Position numbers and translations under genes: made by a program | Notes under the pieces: model-generated | Databases searched by the model: none | The model's input: the letters and a program-made list of their open reading frames with translations, nothing else | What the model was told of the DNA's origin: nothing | Shown: positions 18,453-27,074 of the stretch, in pieces | Layout: the number at the start of each line of letters is the position of its first letter | Numbering within the stretch: the stretch's first letter is position 1 | IMG/VR virus record: IMGVR_UViG_3300033076_000767 | Span: 1 to 47,809 of that record | DNA length: 47,809 bases | Source of the DNA: a virus | Taxonomy: Duplodnaviria > Caudoviricetes | Direction: 5' to 3' (one strand)

Positions 18453-19659
18453 ATCGATCCCTGAATCCCTCCTCGGGAGCCAGTCGGATCAGGTCTTCGG
18501 CGATCTCCTCTGGGGTCTCGCCCTTCATCATCCGACGAACCGTGTACTCCGTGGTCGCTTGCCGCCCCAGAGTCGATGGGCCGAACGCGCCTTTCAAATT
18601 ACCCAGATTCGACTGCACATGGGGTTCCGCGATCGCATTGAGTCGCGGACGATCGAAAGGCAGTACATCACCGATTCGGGTCATGAGTCCGGTTCCGGTT
18701 GGCGGACCAAAGGCTCCGGACAGCTGGGCTTCGCGAAGATACAGTAGCCCGAGCTTTTCCTGGTCGCTCAACCCGGTCAAGTCCTTGGGGTTGATGCGAC
18801 GCAGTTCCTCCACCACACCGGTCATTCTCGGACGAAGACCCGTGAGGAACAGCGAATCCAGATATTCCTGTGTCTCGTCAGTGCCTTTTAGCTTGAACCC
18901 CGGAAGTTGTGTCGAATAGCCGATTGATTCATCGATCGGGGAAATGAACCCGAGATTACCGTGGCCGATTCCGTGCGACCCGACGTTACCGAGGCGACGC
19001 ACCGAATTGATGGGCGTGAGTGTGTCGGACCAGTTACCATGACCCCCCGCTCGCATCATGTCGTACAGCGCCCCGTACATCTCCTTGCCCTTGCTTCGCA
19101 ACCCCTCGGACCAGTGGCCCGGCCATTCCGGTGGGGTGACGTTCATGGCGAATATGTTGTACATTCGGGGGTCGAACGCTCGGGGATCACTGGACCCGGT
19201 GAGTTGACGAGTCAAGTGTGCGGCGTAATCCGCATCGCCGACATGCGGGATTTTCTTGTAGAAATCCATCTGCGGAGCGATGAATGTACCCGCATCCATG
19301 CGATCATAGGGGATCTTGCTTTCGGGGAAAAGCATGAATCGACCCCTGTCTGGTAGATCGATGTCTTCGTGCAGTCGAAAACCCCCTCTTTCCGGTCGTT
19401 CCTGAATCACGCCGCGCAGGGGTTCGCCCGATGCCGTTTTGCCGAAAAGCTGGTTCTCGTTGTACTGCTCCAGCACCCGTTTCGGGGACATCTTCGCCTG
19501 GGCTTGGCGAAGCATCGGATCGACTCGTTGAGCGCCCGGAGTGGCCGCGATCTCGGAGTGCACCTTCGCGACCCCCTCCAGGTAGTCCTTCATTGACCGG
19601 GCGACATCTTGCGCCGGAGCGCTCTTCGCCACTTTTTTACTCGCTCCGAGAATTCCCAT
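18418..19659 (-). CDS. Uncharacterised 413-aa protein, possible GNAT-like virion-associated effector
   Basis: Long ORF overlapping the deacetylase stop; C-terminal YAKGGLV; central LRSKGKEMYGALYD...SDTLT segment. The function is inference. Confidence 0.6.
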   Translation of the reverse strand: MGILGASKKVAKSAPAQDVARSMKDYLEGVAKVHSEIAATPGAQRVDPMLRQAQAKMSPKRVLEQYNENQLFGKTASGEPLRGVIQERPERGGFRLHEDIDLPDRGRFMLFPESKIPYDRMDAGTFIAPQMDFYKKIPHVGDADYAAHLTRQLTGSSDPRAFDPRMYNIFAMNVTPPEWPGHWSEGLRSKGKEMYGALYDMMRAGGHGNWSDTLTPINSVRRLGNVGSHGIGHGNLGFISPIDESIGYSTQLPGFKLKGTDETQEYLDSLFLTGLRPRMTGVVEELRRINPKDLTGLSDQEKLGLLYLREAQLSGAFGPPTGTGLMTRIGDVLPFDRPRLNAIAEPHVQSNLGNLKGAFGPSTLGRQATTEYTVRRMMKGETPEEIAEDLIRLAPEEGFRDRYAKGGLVRARG

Positions 19660-20479
19660 AGTACACCCAATCGCTTACAGTGAAGGTAGACAGATGGATA
19701 TCGATCACCTTTTGCATCGGCTGACTATATCCACCGGCCAGATTCCAGACCAGCGGAATCCCGGCGACCTTGGCCGCAGTCATGATCCCGAGATCCCGGC
19801 GTTTCATGTCGAGCAGATTGAGGTATCCGGCCCCGTAGGGGTCATCAACCCAGGCATCCGCACCGGCCTGATACATGATTATACCCGGTTCGAATTCTCG
19901 AATCAAGTCGTCGGTGTAGGCCTTCCAGTCGGCGGCTGAACCCAGGCCCCCGAGATCGTATCGAGCCCCCATCGATCGCGAAGTGAGATTGCGCACCCGA
20001 TCCGAGAGTCCGAGCTTCTCGATAATGTCGTCCGTCCCGTCCCCGTGGTGACCATCCCCGTCGATGATTAACACGCGATTTACCGCGCCTTCATCGAGCA
20101 GTAACCGAGCGGCGAGCATCAACCCATTGAACGTGCAGTATCCGTACCCCGAGTCGTACCCGGCGTGGTGGAATCCCTGCGTGGCCGAGCAAGCCACCCC
20201 CTCAGTCATCGCCCGACGAGCGGCGGCGACGAAATTCGAATTCGAAGCCAGGATCGAGCGGTTAATTTCCGCGTCCCGGTTATCGAACCCGTTCGAAATC
20301 TCGCCGAGGAACACGCCATCGACGTACCGGCGGTCGTGCACGCGGTGCAGGTCCTCAGCGGCGAGAAGCTCGGGGATGATGTACGGCGTCCGAGTCTGGC
20401 GCACGAACTCCGGGATCTTGGTAGTCGAGATCCGGGGCTGTACGACATCTTGGTGCGGGTGGAAGAAAAGTGGGGTCAT
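19637..20479 (-). CDS. Zn-dependent HDAC/AcuC-family deacetylase
   Basis: GFHHA, GYCTFN, IDGDGHHGDGT, YQAGAD...DDPYG, LAGGY: full catalytic and Zn-binding motif set. Confidence 0.92.
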   Translation of the reverse strand: MTPLFFHPHQDVVQPRISTTKIPEFVRQTRTPYIIPELLAAEDLHRVHDRRYVDGVFLGEISNGFDNRDAEINRSILASNSNFVAAARRAMTEGVACSATQGFHHAGYDSGYGYCTFNGLMLAARLLLDEGAVNRVLIIDGDGHHGDGTDDIIEKLGLSDRVRNLTSRSMGARYDLGGLGSAADWKAYTDDLIREFEPGIIMYQAGADAWVDDPYGAGYLNLLDMKRRDLGIMTAAKVAGIPLVWNLAGGYSQPMQKVIDIHLSTFTVSDWVYYGNSRSE

Positions 20480-20489
20480 TGCGTGCGTG

Positions 20490-20541
20490 TGTCCTCTATT
20501 GGTGGGCGGCGATTATACCACAGGTACTATACCAGTGTCAA
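20490..20541 (-). promoter_or_regulatory. sigma70 promoter of the deacetylase operon
   Basis: TTGACA (20541-20536), 18 bp, TATAAT (20517-20512); AATAGAGGAC RBS. Confidence 0.8.
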
Positions 20542-20759
20542 TCCTCCAATTCGCGACGATTACGCACCCGCTCGAACCTTTCGACGATCGTGGACTTGTT
20601 CCACTGCTCTTCCAATTCCTCGCCCCGCACCTCGGCCCTCTCCCGAGTCGTGAATCGAAATTCGCACTCCGCGCACTCTCGGCGGCGGCGGGTCGATCCG
20701 TTTTCATTTTGGTAGGTGTTGGTCACCATCGTGGCCCCACCGCAAGCGATACATTTCAT
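20538..20759 (-). CDS. NrdR-like Zn-ribbon protein (no ATP cone)
   Basis: MKCIACG...RRRRECAECEFRFTT.E matches the NrdR N-terminal domain; 73 aa. Confidence 0.8.
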   Translation of the reverse strand: MKCIACGGATMVTNTYQNENGSTRRRRECAECEFRFTTRERAEVRGEELEEQWNKSTIVERFERVRNRRELED

Positions 20760-20965
20760 TGTGTCGTCCTTTTGTCTTTGTTCTCGTGCGCCCAGCGCAA
20801 TGCCTCGGCGAGTACCAAATACTCCTCTACCGGTACGTGTCGAATTACGATCCCGCCCGGTTGCTCGAATTGCATGACCATCACGCCCACGCCGTACACG
20901 ACAGTATCGATCGATGCCTTCATCACCGGATCGTTTAGGTCTTCCGATTTCTCGGCTTCGGTCAT
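20756..20965 (-). CDS. Hypothetical protein
   Basis: 69 aa; ATGA overlaps on both sides. Confidence 0.55.
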   Translation of the reverse strand: MTEAEKSEDLNDPVMKASIDTVVYGVGVMVMQFEQPGGIVIRHVPVEEYLVLAEALRWAHENKDKRTTQ

Positions 20966-21525
20966 AGCCAACCACCGTGGATATGGATGTCCTGGCACAC
21001 CTTCCGCACTGCCGCTCGCACGTTCAGTTCGGGGAATTTGGATTCGTACTCGGTCACCATATCGGCCAGAATTTTGCGTAGCCCATCGAGCACCTGGATC
21101 GCGTGCGACCCCACTCCGTTGTCTTGCAGGAAGAAGATCGCCTCGATCTGGTCCGCGAGTTTGACTATCGCATCCGTCTGCGTGTTCGCCAGTGTTCGCG
21201 CAGTCCCGGCGGTGTCCGAATCCACCAGAGTCTCGGCCCGGTCGATTACGTCCTTCCCCGCCACCTGCTCCAACACTCGCTTAAATGGTGTGGGCATATC
21301 GCCCGTGCGCACTTCCAAGATGTCGTGCGAAAGCGAGTGTTGCAAGAGCGAAAGCTTGCGCTCCGAGTGTAGCAAGCCGCCCCAGTGCATTGCGGCGGCG
21401 AGCGATCCGGAGATCACAGCGACAGCGAACGAATGTTCGGCCAGCGTTTGCTCGCGTTTGGTTTGCACAATGTGCCAGCGGCGCACATGGCAAGCGCGAA
21501 GTTGTTCATATGTGGTCAATGCCAT
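20962..21525 (-). CDS. datZ: HD-domain dATP triphosphohydrolase (DatZ-like)
   Basis: VRRWHIV...LAEHS, HDILEVRTGDMPTPFK, IVKLADQIEA; clustered with purZ. Confidence 0.85.
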   Translation of the reverse strand: MALTTYEQLRACHVRRWHIVQTKREQTLAEHSFAVAVISGSLAAAMHWGGLLHSERKLSLLQHSLSHDILEVRTGDMPTPFKRVLEQVAGKDVIDRAETLVDSDTAGTARTLANTQTDAIVKLADQIEAIFFLQDNGVGSHAIQVLDGLRKILADMVTEYESKFPELNVRAAVRKVCQDIHIHGGWL

Positions 21526-21745
21526 CTCTTTTCTCCAATGTATCCGTTTTCAATGATCGAATTCGATCGGCCACCGCGTTGCCCGGTAGTTCCTCGAAGA
21601 TGTCGTGCGCAAAAAGCTCGGCGGCGTGCTCCAGTGCCGAGTTCCAGATCGCGCGGATGATGATCCGATTGTCGGGGTCCTCGCTCCCCGGAAAGCCACC
21701 AAAATGGCGATCGTACCACTCGTCGAATGGGGGTTTACTCGACAT
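21506..21745 (-). CDS. Hypothetical protein
   Basis: 79 aa MSSKPPFDEWY...WNSALEHAA. Confidence 0.55.
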   Translation of the reverse strand: MSSKPPFDEWYDRHFGGFPGSEDPDNRIIIRAIWNSALEHAAELFAHDIFEELPGNAVADRIRSLKTDTLEKRDGIDHI

Positions 21746-22250
21746 GGCGCATGATCCCGGTGTTCGCATCCACCTGCCACTCGCGACCCTCGTTGATGTC
21801 CATCTTCTCCTCAATTGCTCGGTGCACATCGATACCGTTGCGCGATGCAACGTCGAGCAGGAGAATGAAGACGTCCCCGATTTCTAGCGCCGCTTTCGGG
21901 TCGCGAGCGTACTCACCAATTTCTTCGTAGAGCTTGAGTAAAATGTCCTTAGTCGTACGTTGCGGAAATTTAGAGTCAGCCCACCGCGTGATGCGGTCTT
22001 GTAGCTGGCGTATATCGGCTCCCCCCCGTTTTTTGTACGCATTAACCGCGCGAACAGCGAGTTCTGCGTTCCTGTCGCAATTACCGAGGACGCCGCGTAG
22101 GTGGTGACGAACTTCGAAATTCGCGATGGTAGCGCCTTTCGCATCGATAATTTGTGATGGGTGGCGTTGGTCGATTGACCACGGAAGCTCATTGATTTCA
22201 TCGGTGTGGACATCAGATTCAATTTGGAACACGGCTCTTTCTCCATTCAT
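21735..22250 (-). CDS. mazZ: MazG-like dGTP/dATP pyrophosphohydrolase (MazZ-like) with N-terminal extension
   Basis: ITRWADSKFP...KLYEEIGE...LEIGDVFILLLD...KMDINEGREW; immediately downstream of purZ. Confidence 0.82.
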   Translation of the reverse strand: MNGERAVFQIESDVHTDEINELPWSIDQRHPSQIIDAKGATIANFEVRHHLRGVLGNCDRNAELAVRAVNAYKKRGGADIRQLQDRITRWADSKFPQRTTKDILLKLYEEIGEYARDPKAALEIGDVFILLLDVASRNGIDVHRAIEEKMDINEGREWQVDANTGIMRHVE

Positions 22251-23313
22251 TGATGATTTTGTTGCGACGAAGCCCGGAGGCGAATAGACCGACATCGACG
22301 ACATCGTTCACAGTAGGCCCCAGCCCGATCCAGTGGACGCGGGCCCCGGTCTCTTCGATCGATTTTACAATCTCGTCCAGTTCGTCCTCGCGTTGCACGT
22401 AATTGGCGAAGTTCAAGAACACTTCGTCCACGCCGTTGTACCGGATCGCCTCCCGGATCTGCTGGCGACTGAACGTGAAGATTCGGCGCGGAAGCTTCGT
22501 CACCGTGGTTAGCTCCACCTTCTGGCCGATGTCCTCGAAAGAAATCTCCGTCTGGTCCGCATACACGGGGCCTGAGTACCCGACCTGTGTCCCCTCCGAA
22601 TCGAATCGGTTCGCCACTCGAATCGGGTAGGTGCGGGCAGTGCCAACGATGCGCAGGATCGACATGGCCGTGGCCGGGATTCCGCAGTCCGCGAGAATCT
22701 GCCACGTGCTCACGTCGCGCGAGGTGGTGTAGGGGTAGAAGCCGTGATACATCGACAGCCCGTAGCCCTGTGCCCCTTCGATCAGTACGTCCTGCGCCGT
22801 CGCCAGCGCCTCGGTGTAGCCCTGCGTTGTGGTGACATACTCTTTCAGCGCCTCGCAGTATGCGGCCACGTTCATGTCGTCCGGATTGCGTCGAATCCGT
22901 TGGATCATCGCCGCACCCACACCCTTCTTGGTCGAGCCGATCTTGGTCATCGGCCCCGCTTCCTCCTCGATATGGCGCTCGGTCACAATCGCGGCGTGCG
23001 GGTGAATGAGGATTCGAATGCCTCGTTCGTCGATGATGTCGCGGCACTGCTCGATCTCGTCCAGCAACTGCTGTGGGTTGATCAGCGATCCCGGCCCAAG
23101 GAGCATTAAACGAAGATTAGGCGACACCACCCCGTTGCCCAGGTGCGTATGCACGAACTTGCGGCCCTCCGCGTTGATGTAGGTGTGCCCCGCGTTCGGA
23201 GCCCAGGCAGTGACCACGGTGTCGGGCCCCTCCTTCTCGGCGAGATACCCGACGATGAGACCCTTGCCGGTGCTCCCGTACTGCAAATCCACGACCATTG
23301 TAAGCTTCTTCAT
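22219..23313 (-). CDS. purZ: N6-succino-2-amino-dAMP synthetase PurZ
   Basis: PurA paralogue with QYGSTGKG (Ser in place of the PurA Asp in GDEGKG), PNAGHT, EGAQG, YPYTTSR, TTVT..RR, and NFANY in place of TKLD. Confidence 0.93.
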   Translation of the reverse strand: MKKLTMVVDLQYGSTGKGLIVGYLAEKEGPDTVVTAWAPNAGHTYINAEGRKFVHTHLGNGVVSPNLRLMLLGPGSLINPQQLLDEIEQCRDIIDERGIRILIHPHAAIVTERHIEEEAGPMTKIGSTKKGVGAAMIQRIRRNPDDMNVAAYCEALKEYVTTTQGYTEALATAQDVLIEGAQGYGLSMYHGFYPYTTSRDVSTWQILADCGIPATAMSILRIVGTARTYPIRVANRFDSEGTQVGYSGPVYADQTEISFEDIGQKVELTTVTKLPRRIFTFSRQQIREAIRYNGVDEVFLNFANYVQREDELDEIVKSIEETGARVHWIGLGPTVNDVVDVGLFASGLRRNKIINEWRKSRVPN

Positions 23314-23315
23314 TT

Positions 23316-25154
23316 TTACCCTTTCGCTTGAAACCAGTCTTCACCTACGCCCCAATCGCATCGGATCGGGACCCGTAACTTGATCGGACACCGCACCCCG
23401 TCGAACGTGGTGTAGATATCCGCTACCTCCTGTGCCGCTCCTGGCGGCGCATCCTTGTCGAGCGAGATGCCTAGTTCATCGTGCACGGTCAGGAGCAGTC
23501 GCCCATAGCCCCGCTCCTCCAAGTGTCGGTGCACCTCGATGAGCTTGACCTTCATGCAATCCGCACTGGTGGCTTGGTAGATCAGCCCCGAGGCTTTGTG
23601 CACAAATTGCCCACCGGGGAATCGAATGTGCCGTCCCATGATCGAATGCACGTACCCGCGTTGCTTGGCGATCCCGCTGGCCTTGATCGCATTGTTGCGC
23701 ATGCCGGGGTTCGCCGTGTGGTACTTCTCGAACAGCTCCATCGCCTCGGGTCCAGCCTTGAGGTAAACGTTGCCATTCGGCCCCTCCTCCTCGGTGTAGG
23801 GTAGCCCGCACTCCTGCGCCAGCCGCCCGGAACCCATGTTGAATGCGAGGCCGAGGTTGATGGCCTTGGAGCTTGGGCCCCCGGCGTACTGTGCATTTCG
23901 CGGAATCCCGGTCATGTCGCTCACGAGTTGGTGGAAATCCAGATCCGGGTTGTCCGCGTACGCCTTCAAGATCGCGGGCACTTGGCCGTAGTGATTCGCC
24001 ACCCGGAATTCGAACTGCGACCAGTCCAGACCCAGCCACTCCGCGCCGTAGTCGGGCCGAAAGATCGGGCGCACCAGCGACTTGATCGCCACATCGCGAC
24101 TCGGGATTTGCTGGAGTGCCGGGTTGGTGATGGACAAGCGCCCCGTACCCGTACCCGCCTCCGAGTCGTTCTTGGTTTGGTTGTAATTGCAGTGGATCAC
24201 CCCATCGTGCTGGTGTCCCAGGATGTGGCCGTTGATGAAAGTGTCTCGCGTCTTGAGCATCTTGCGCAGATCGAGAATCATCTTGGCCGCTGGGTGCTTC
24301 ATGCGCCGTAGGCAGTCCGCGTCGATCGAGGCTTTACCCCCGTCGGTCTTCTCGGCACGAGTGCCGTCGACGAGATACCACTCGTTGTCCTTGCCCAAGC
24401 GGGGTTGGAATAGCTCGGCGATCGATCCGGAAGGGTTCGGGTTGACCTCGAAGCCCGCGAGGGTATTAAGATCCCGCTGTGCCTCGTCGATGCGCGTCGT
24501 GAGACTCCGAGCGGCCACGACGGCCCGGTCTACATCCACCCGCACGCCGCCGCGCTCCATCTCGATAATGACGGGTAGAAGCTCGCGCTCCAGGCGGTGC
24601 ACTTGGTGTAGATTCTGCCGATCGATCTCCGTCTCCTGCCACCCATCCAGCGCCAACGCCACGATCGCATCCTGCGTCGCGTATTTCGCCACCAGACTCT
24701 CGGGGGCGCGGTGTAGATTGGGCATCTGCACGTTGCGAGTCGCTCGACCGCCGAAGAGCTTGGCGAGTTCCCCGTAAATCTCCTCCTCCTTCTTCTGCCC
24801 GCAATACTTGCGACCGAGGAAATCCAGCGCGTAGGTCGGCTCGTGCTCATTGATCAACGCCGCCCGCACCATCGTGCAGTCGATACGATCCACGGGGAGG
24901 ACTACGCCCATCTCGCGCAGGAAATGATAGTCGAATTTCATGTTGTGGTTCGTCCACGTGCCGACGCGATTCTCGCGGATCAGGTCATTGAGCCACTGAA
25001 TCACGCCGGGGGTGGTGCGAACATCCCAGTACCCGGCAAAATCAGGGACGGCGATGGCGATACCGAACAGGCGATCCTTCCACCAGTGAAGACCCGTGGT
25101 CTCGGTGTCGATCGCTAGTCGCTCGACGAAATCGATGCGGGGAAATGCGGCCAT
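23316..25154 (-). CDS. dpoZ: Family A DNA polymerase, DpoZ-like, with 3'-5' exonuclease
   Basis: Exo motifs DTETTG, HNMKFD, YATQD; TGRLS; motif A DWSQFEFR; motif B KAINLGLAF; motif C TVHDE; ends 2 bp before purZ. Confidence 0.88.
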   Translation of the reverse strand: MAAFPRIDFVERLAIDTETTGLHWWKDRLFGIAIAVPDFAGYWDVRTTPGVIQWLNDLIRENRVGTWTNHNMKFDYHFLREMGVVLPVDRIDCTMVRAALINEHEPTYALDFLGRKYCGQKKEEEIYGELAKLFGGRATRNVQMPNLHRAPESLVAKYATQDAIVALALDGWQETEIDRQNLHQVHRLERELLPVIIEMERGGVRVDVDRAVVAARSLTTRIDEAQRDLNTLAGFEVNPNPSGSIAELFQPRLGKDNEWYLVDGTRAEKTDGGKASIDADCLRRMKHPAAKMILDLRKMLKTRDTFINGHILGHQHDGVIHCNYNQTKNDSEAGTGTGRLSITNPALQQIPSRDVAIKSLVRPIFRPDYGAEWLGLDWSQFEFRVANHYGQVPAILKAYADNPDLDFHQLVSDMTGIPRNAQYAGGPSSKAINLGLAFNMGSGRLAQECGLPYTEEEGPNGNVYLKAGPEAMELFEKYHTANPGMRNNAIKASGIAKQRGYVHSIMGRHIRFPGGQFVHKASGLIYQATSADCMKVKLIEVHRHLEERGYGRLLLTVHDELGISLDKDAPPGAAQEVADIYTTFDGVRCPIKLRVPIRCDWGVGEDWFQAKG

Positions 25155-25444
25155 CAGAATGGGATGTCGTCGGAGATGTCGCCGCCGCGCGAGCGGAGAT
25201 AGGCGTCGGGGGTGATCACGCCTTCAGCGGGGATTGAGGAGGTGCGTTGCTCTTTCGGGTTGAGCTTGAGCGAGAAGTATTTTTTGCCTTCCAGCTTCCC
25301 GCCGGGTTTGCCCTCGTTGACCCAAGCCGACAGCCAGTAATCGACGCCGTTAACGTTGATCGAACCCGTGAACTCGGGGTGCTTGTCGCTCTTGCGATTC
25401 TCGTTCCGGGCCATCATGCCGGAATTGGTGTTATCGTACGCCAT
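25154..25444 (-). CDS. Small ssDNA-binding-like protein
   Basis: KHPEFTGSINVNG.DYWLSAW...YFSL with SSB-type acidic tail DDIPF. Confidence 0.7.
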   Translation of the reverse strand: MAYDNTNSGMMARNENRKSDKHPEFTGSINVNGVDYWLSAWVNEGKPGGKLEGKKYFSLKLNPKEQRTSSIPAEGVITPDAYLRSRGGDISDDIPF

Positions 25445-25450
25445 TGACTG

Positions 25451-25503
25451 GTCCTCTATTGTGGTGAAGGCTCTATTATATCACCACTGGCATTACTAGT
25501 CAA
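25451..25503 (-). promoter_or_regulatory. sigma70 promoter of the ssb-dpoZ-purZ operon
   Basis: TTGACT (25503-25498), 17 bp, TATAAT (25480-25475); AATAGAGGAC RBS. Confidence 0.8.
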
Positions 25504-25506
25504 TAC

Positions 25507-26919
25507 CTACAGCGGGTAACCGTTTTGGCCTTCCACGATATCGAGCACCCGCTTGGAACGGGTCATGCCGACGTAGAACACCCGCACTTCGTCGTCGGGC
25601 GATTTCTCCGCGCTCTGGATCACCCGCGTGGTCATGTCGGTGAGCAATACCACTTGGTCCGCTTCGTGCCCTTTAGATGCGTGGATGGTGGACAGTCGAA
25701 TCGTGGGGGCGACGTCCAGGTCGGCGTCCATGTAGAAATCGATCGCGCGGGTGGGGATGTTGAGCGAATTATAAAACGGGCGCTTCACGAACCCGTAGTC
25801 GTTGCGCTCCAGATTCGCCCGAGTCTCGGCTGTCGAAATCGCGAACAGCGCGTTGCGCTCGCCATCGGTCAGACGTTCGCCACGGGCGAGTTTATTGAAC
25901 GCTCTCAGCCCAAACGCGAAGCGATTCTCGTACATCCCCGGCCTACCACTTTCGCGTGTGTACGGGATCCGACGTTCGATGAGTAACTGTTCAACTTCGC
26001 GAAGGACTGAATGCGTCCGTCCCAGCAGTAGCGTATCATTCCCGTGCCGCAGATCGACCGAGTTGATCGAGCCGTGTAACCGCACCAGTCCCACATCGTC
26101 GCGGGGATTAAACTCCTTATCCACTCGGAATACGACTCGACGAATGAGGTCTTGAGATCGCGCGTGGACTGAAGCAGGAAGTCGATGCGACTGCGTGAGG
26201 ACAATATTAACACCTGAATGCTTTTGGACGAATCGCGCCATACCATGTGGGTCAGCGCCCGCCCACGTATAAATCGCCTGATCGTCGTCCCCCGCGAGGA
26301 CGACCTTCGAAGATCGTCGACTGAGCTTGGAGATAACAGCCCACTGCAAAGGTGATAAGTCTTGAGCCTCGTCGACAAAAAGGATTTCGGCATCCGCTTT
26401 AACTGCCCCCGAAGCGGCTCGCTCCAGCATGTCGGTGAAGTCGTAATAGCCATATGTATGTTTCCACTCAGAATACGCGCGAACGAATGCACTGAACTCT
26501 GCGCGAGTTCCCGGTCGGTCAGATACATTGTAGATTTCCTCCGCGTTGTTGAATGTGTTGCGGGCGTAGTTCAAGATGTCGAGGTAGAAATCCCCATCGG
26601 CCCGCTCCTCGTCGTCTTCTGGTGACTTGCCGATGATCGGTACGCCCATCACCGTCGAAAATTCGCGGAGCTTCATCGAGTCCACCACCTGCGCTTGCCG
26701 CATCCCACCGTGGCGAAACGCCATAGCGTGGATGGTGCTCACATTGTCCGAGCGACGAAGGCCGAGTCTCGACAGCGCCTCGCTCGCGGCGGCACGGGTG
26801 AAGGACACGAAGGCGATACGCTCGGCCTGGATTCCCGATTCGCGGGTCTCCTTGACTCGACGCAACAGCTCCGTGGTCTTCCCCGTCCCCGGTGGACCGT
26901 AGATGGCCTCGACTTGCAT
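25507..26919 (-). CDS. UvrD/Rep-like SF1 helicase
   Basis: GPPGTGKT, SFTRAA, VDEAQD, GDDDQAIY, QSHR, STIHASKGHE, FYVGMTR; start MQVEAIY. Confidence 0.92.
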   Translation of the reverse strand: MQVEAIYGPPGTGKTTELLRRVKETRESGIQAERIAFVSFTRAAASEALSRLGLRRSDNVSTIHAMAFRHGGMRQAQVVDSMKLREFSTVMGVPIIGKSPEDDEERADGDFYLDILNYARNTFNNAEEIYNVSDRPGTRAEFSAFVRAYSEWKHTYGYYDFTDMLERAASGAVKADAEILFVDEAQDLSPLQWAVISKLSRRSSKVVLAGDDDQAIYTWAGADPHGMARFVQKHSGVNIVLTQSHRLPASVHARSQDLIRRVVFRVDKEFNPRDDVGLVRLHGSINSVDLRHGNDTLLLGRTHSVLREVEQLLIERRIPYTRESGRPGMYENRFAFGLRAFNKLARGERLTDGERNALFAISTAETRANLERNDYGFVKRPFYNSLNIPTRAIDFYMDADLDVAPTIRLSTIHASKGHEADQVVLLTDMTTRVIQSAEKSPDDEVRVFYVGMTRSKRVLDIVEGQNGYPL

Positions 26920-27074
26920 TAGAACCGACGACCTCTCGAATTGGTCATGCGGCCCTGCTTCTGGTGTCCCGCGCTGTGCCGACGACCCGGCCCACGCTTG
27001 GTAGCTGAGGGATTGCGAAGTACGCCAATGTAGCCGTCGCCCAAGGTGGGCCAGATCGATTTCAGAATGTTCAT
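26919..27074 (-). CDS. Small basic hypothetical protein
   Basis: 51 aa; coupled to genes on both sides. Confidence 0.4.
   Translation of the reverse strand: MNILKSIWPTLGDGYIGVLRNPSATKRGPGRRHSAGHQKQGRMTNSRGRRF

Noticed and set aside
19637-20479. Deacetylase as a PurB substitute in Z synthesis
   Set aside because: The N6-succino linkage is removed by a lyase, not an amide hydrolase; the gene also has its own promoter.
22219-23313. Ordinary purA auxiliary metabolic gene
   Set aside because: GSTGKG and NFANY signatures plus mazZ/datZ/dpoZ neighbours indicate PurZ.
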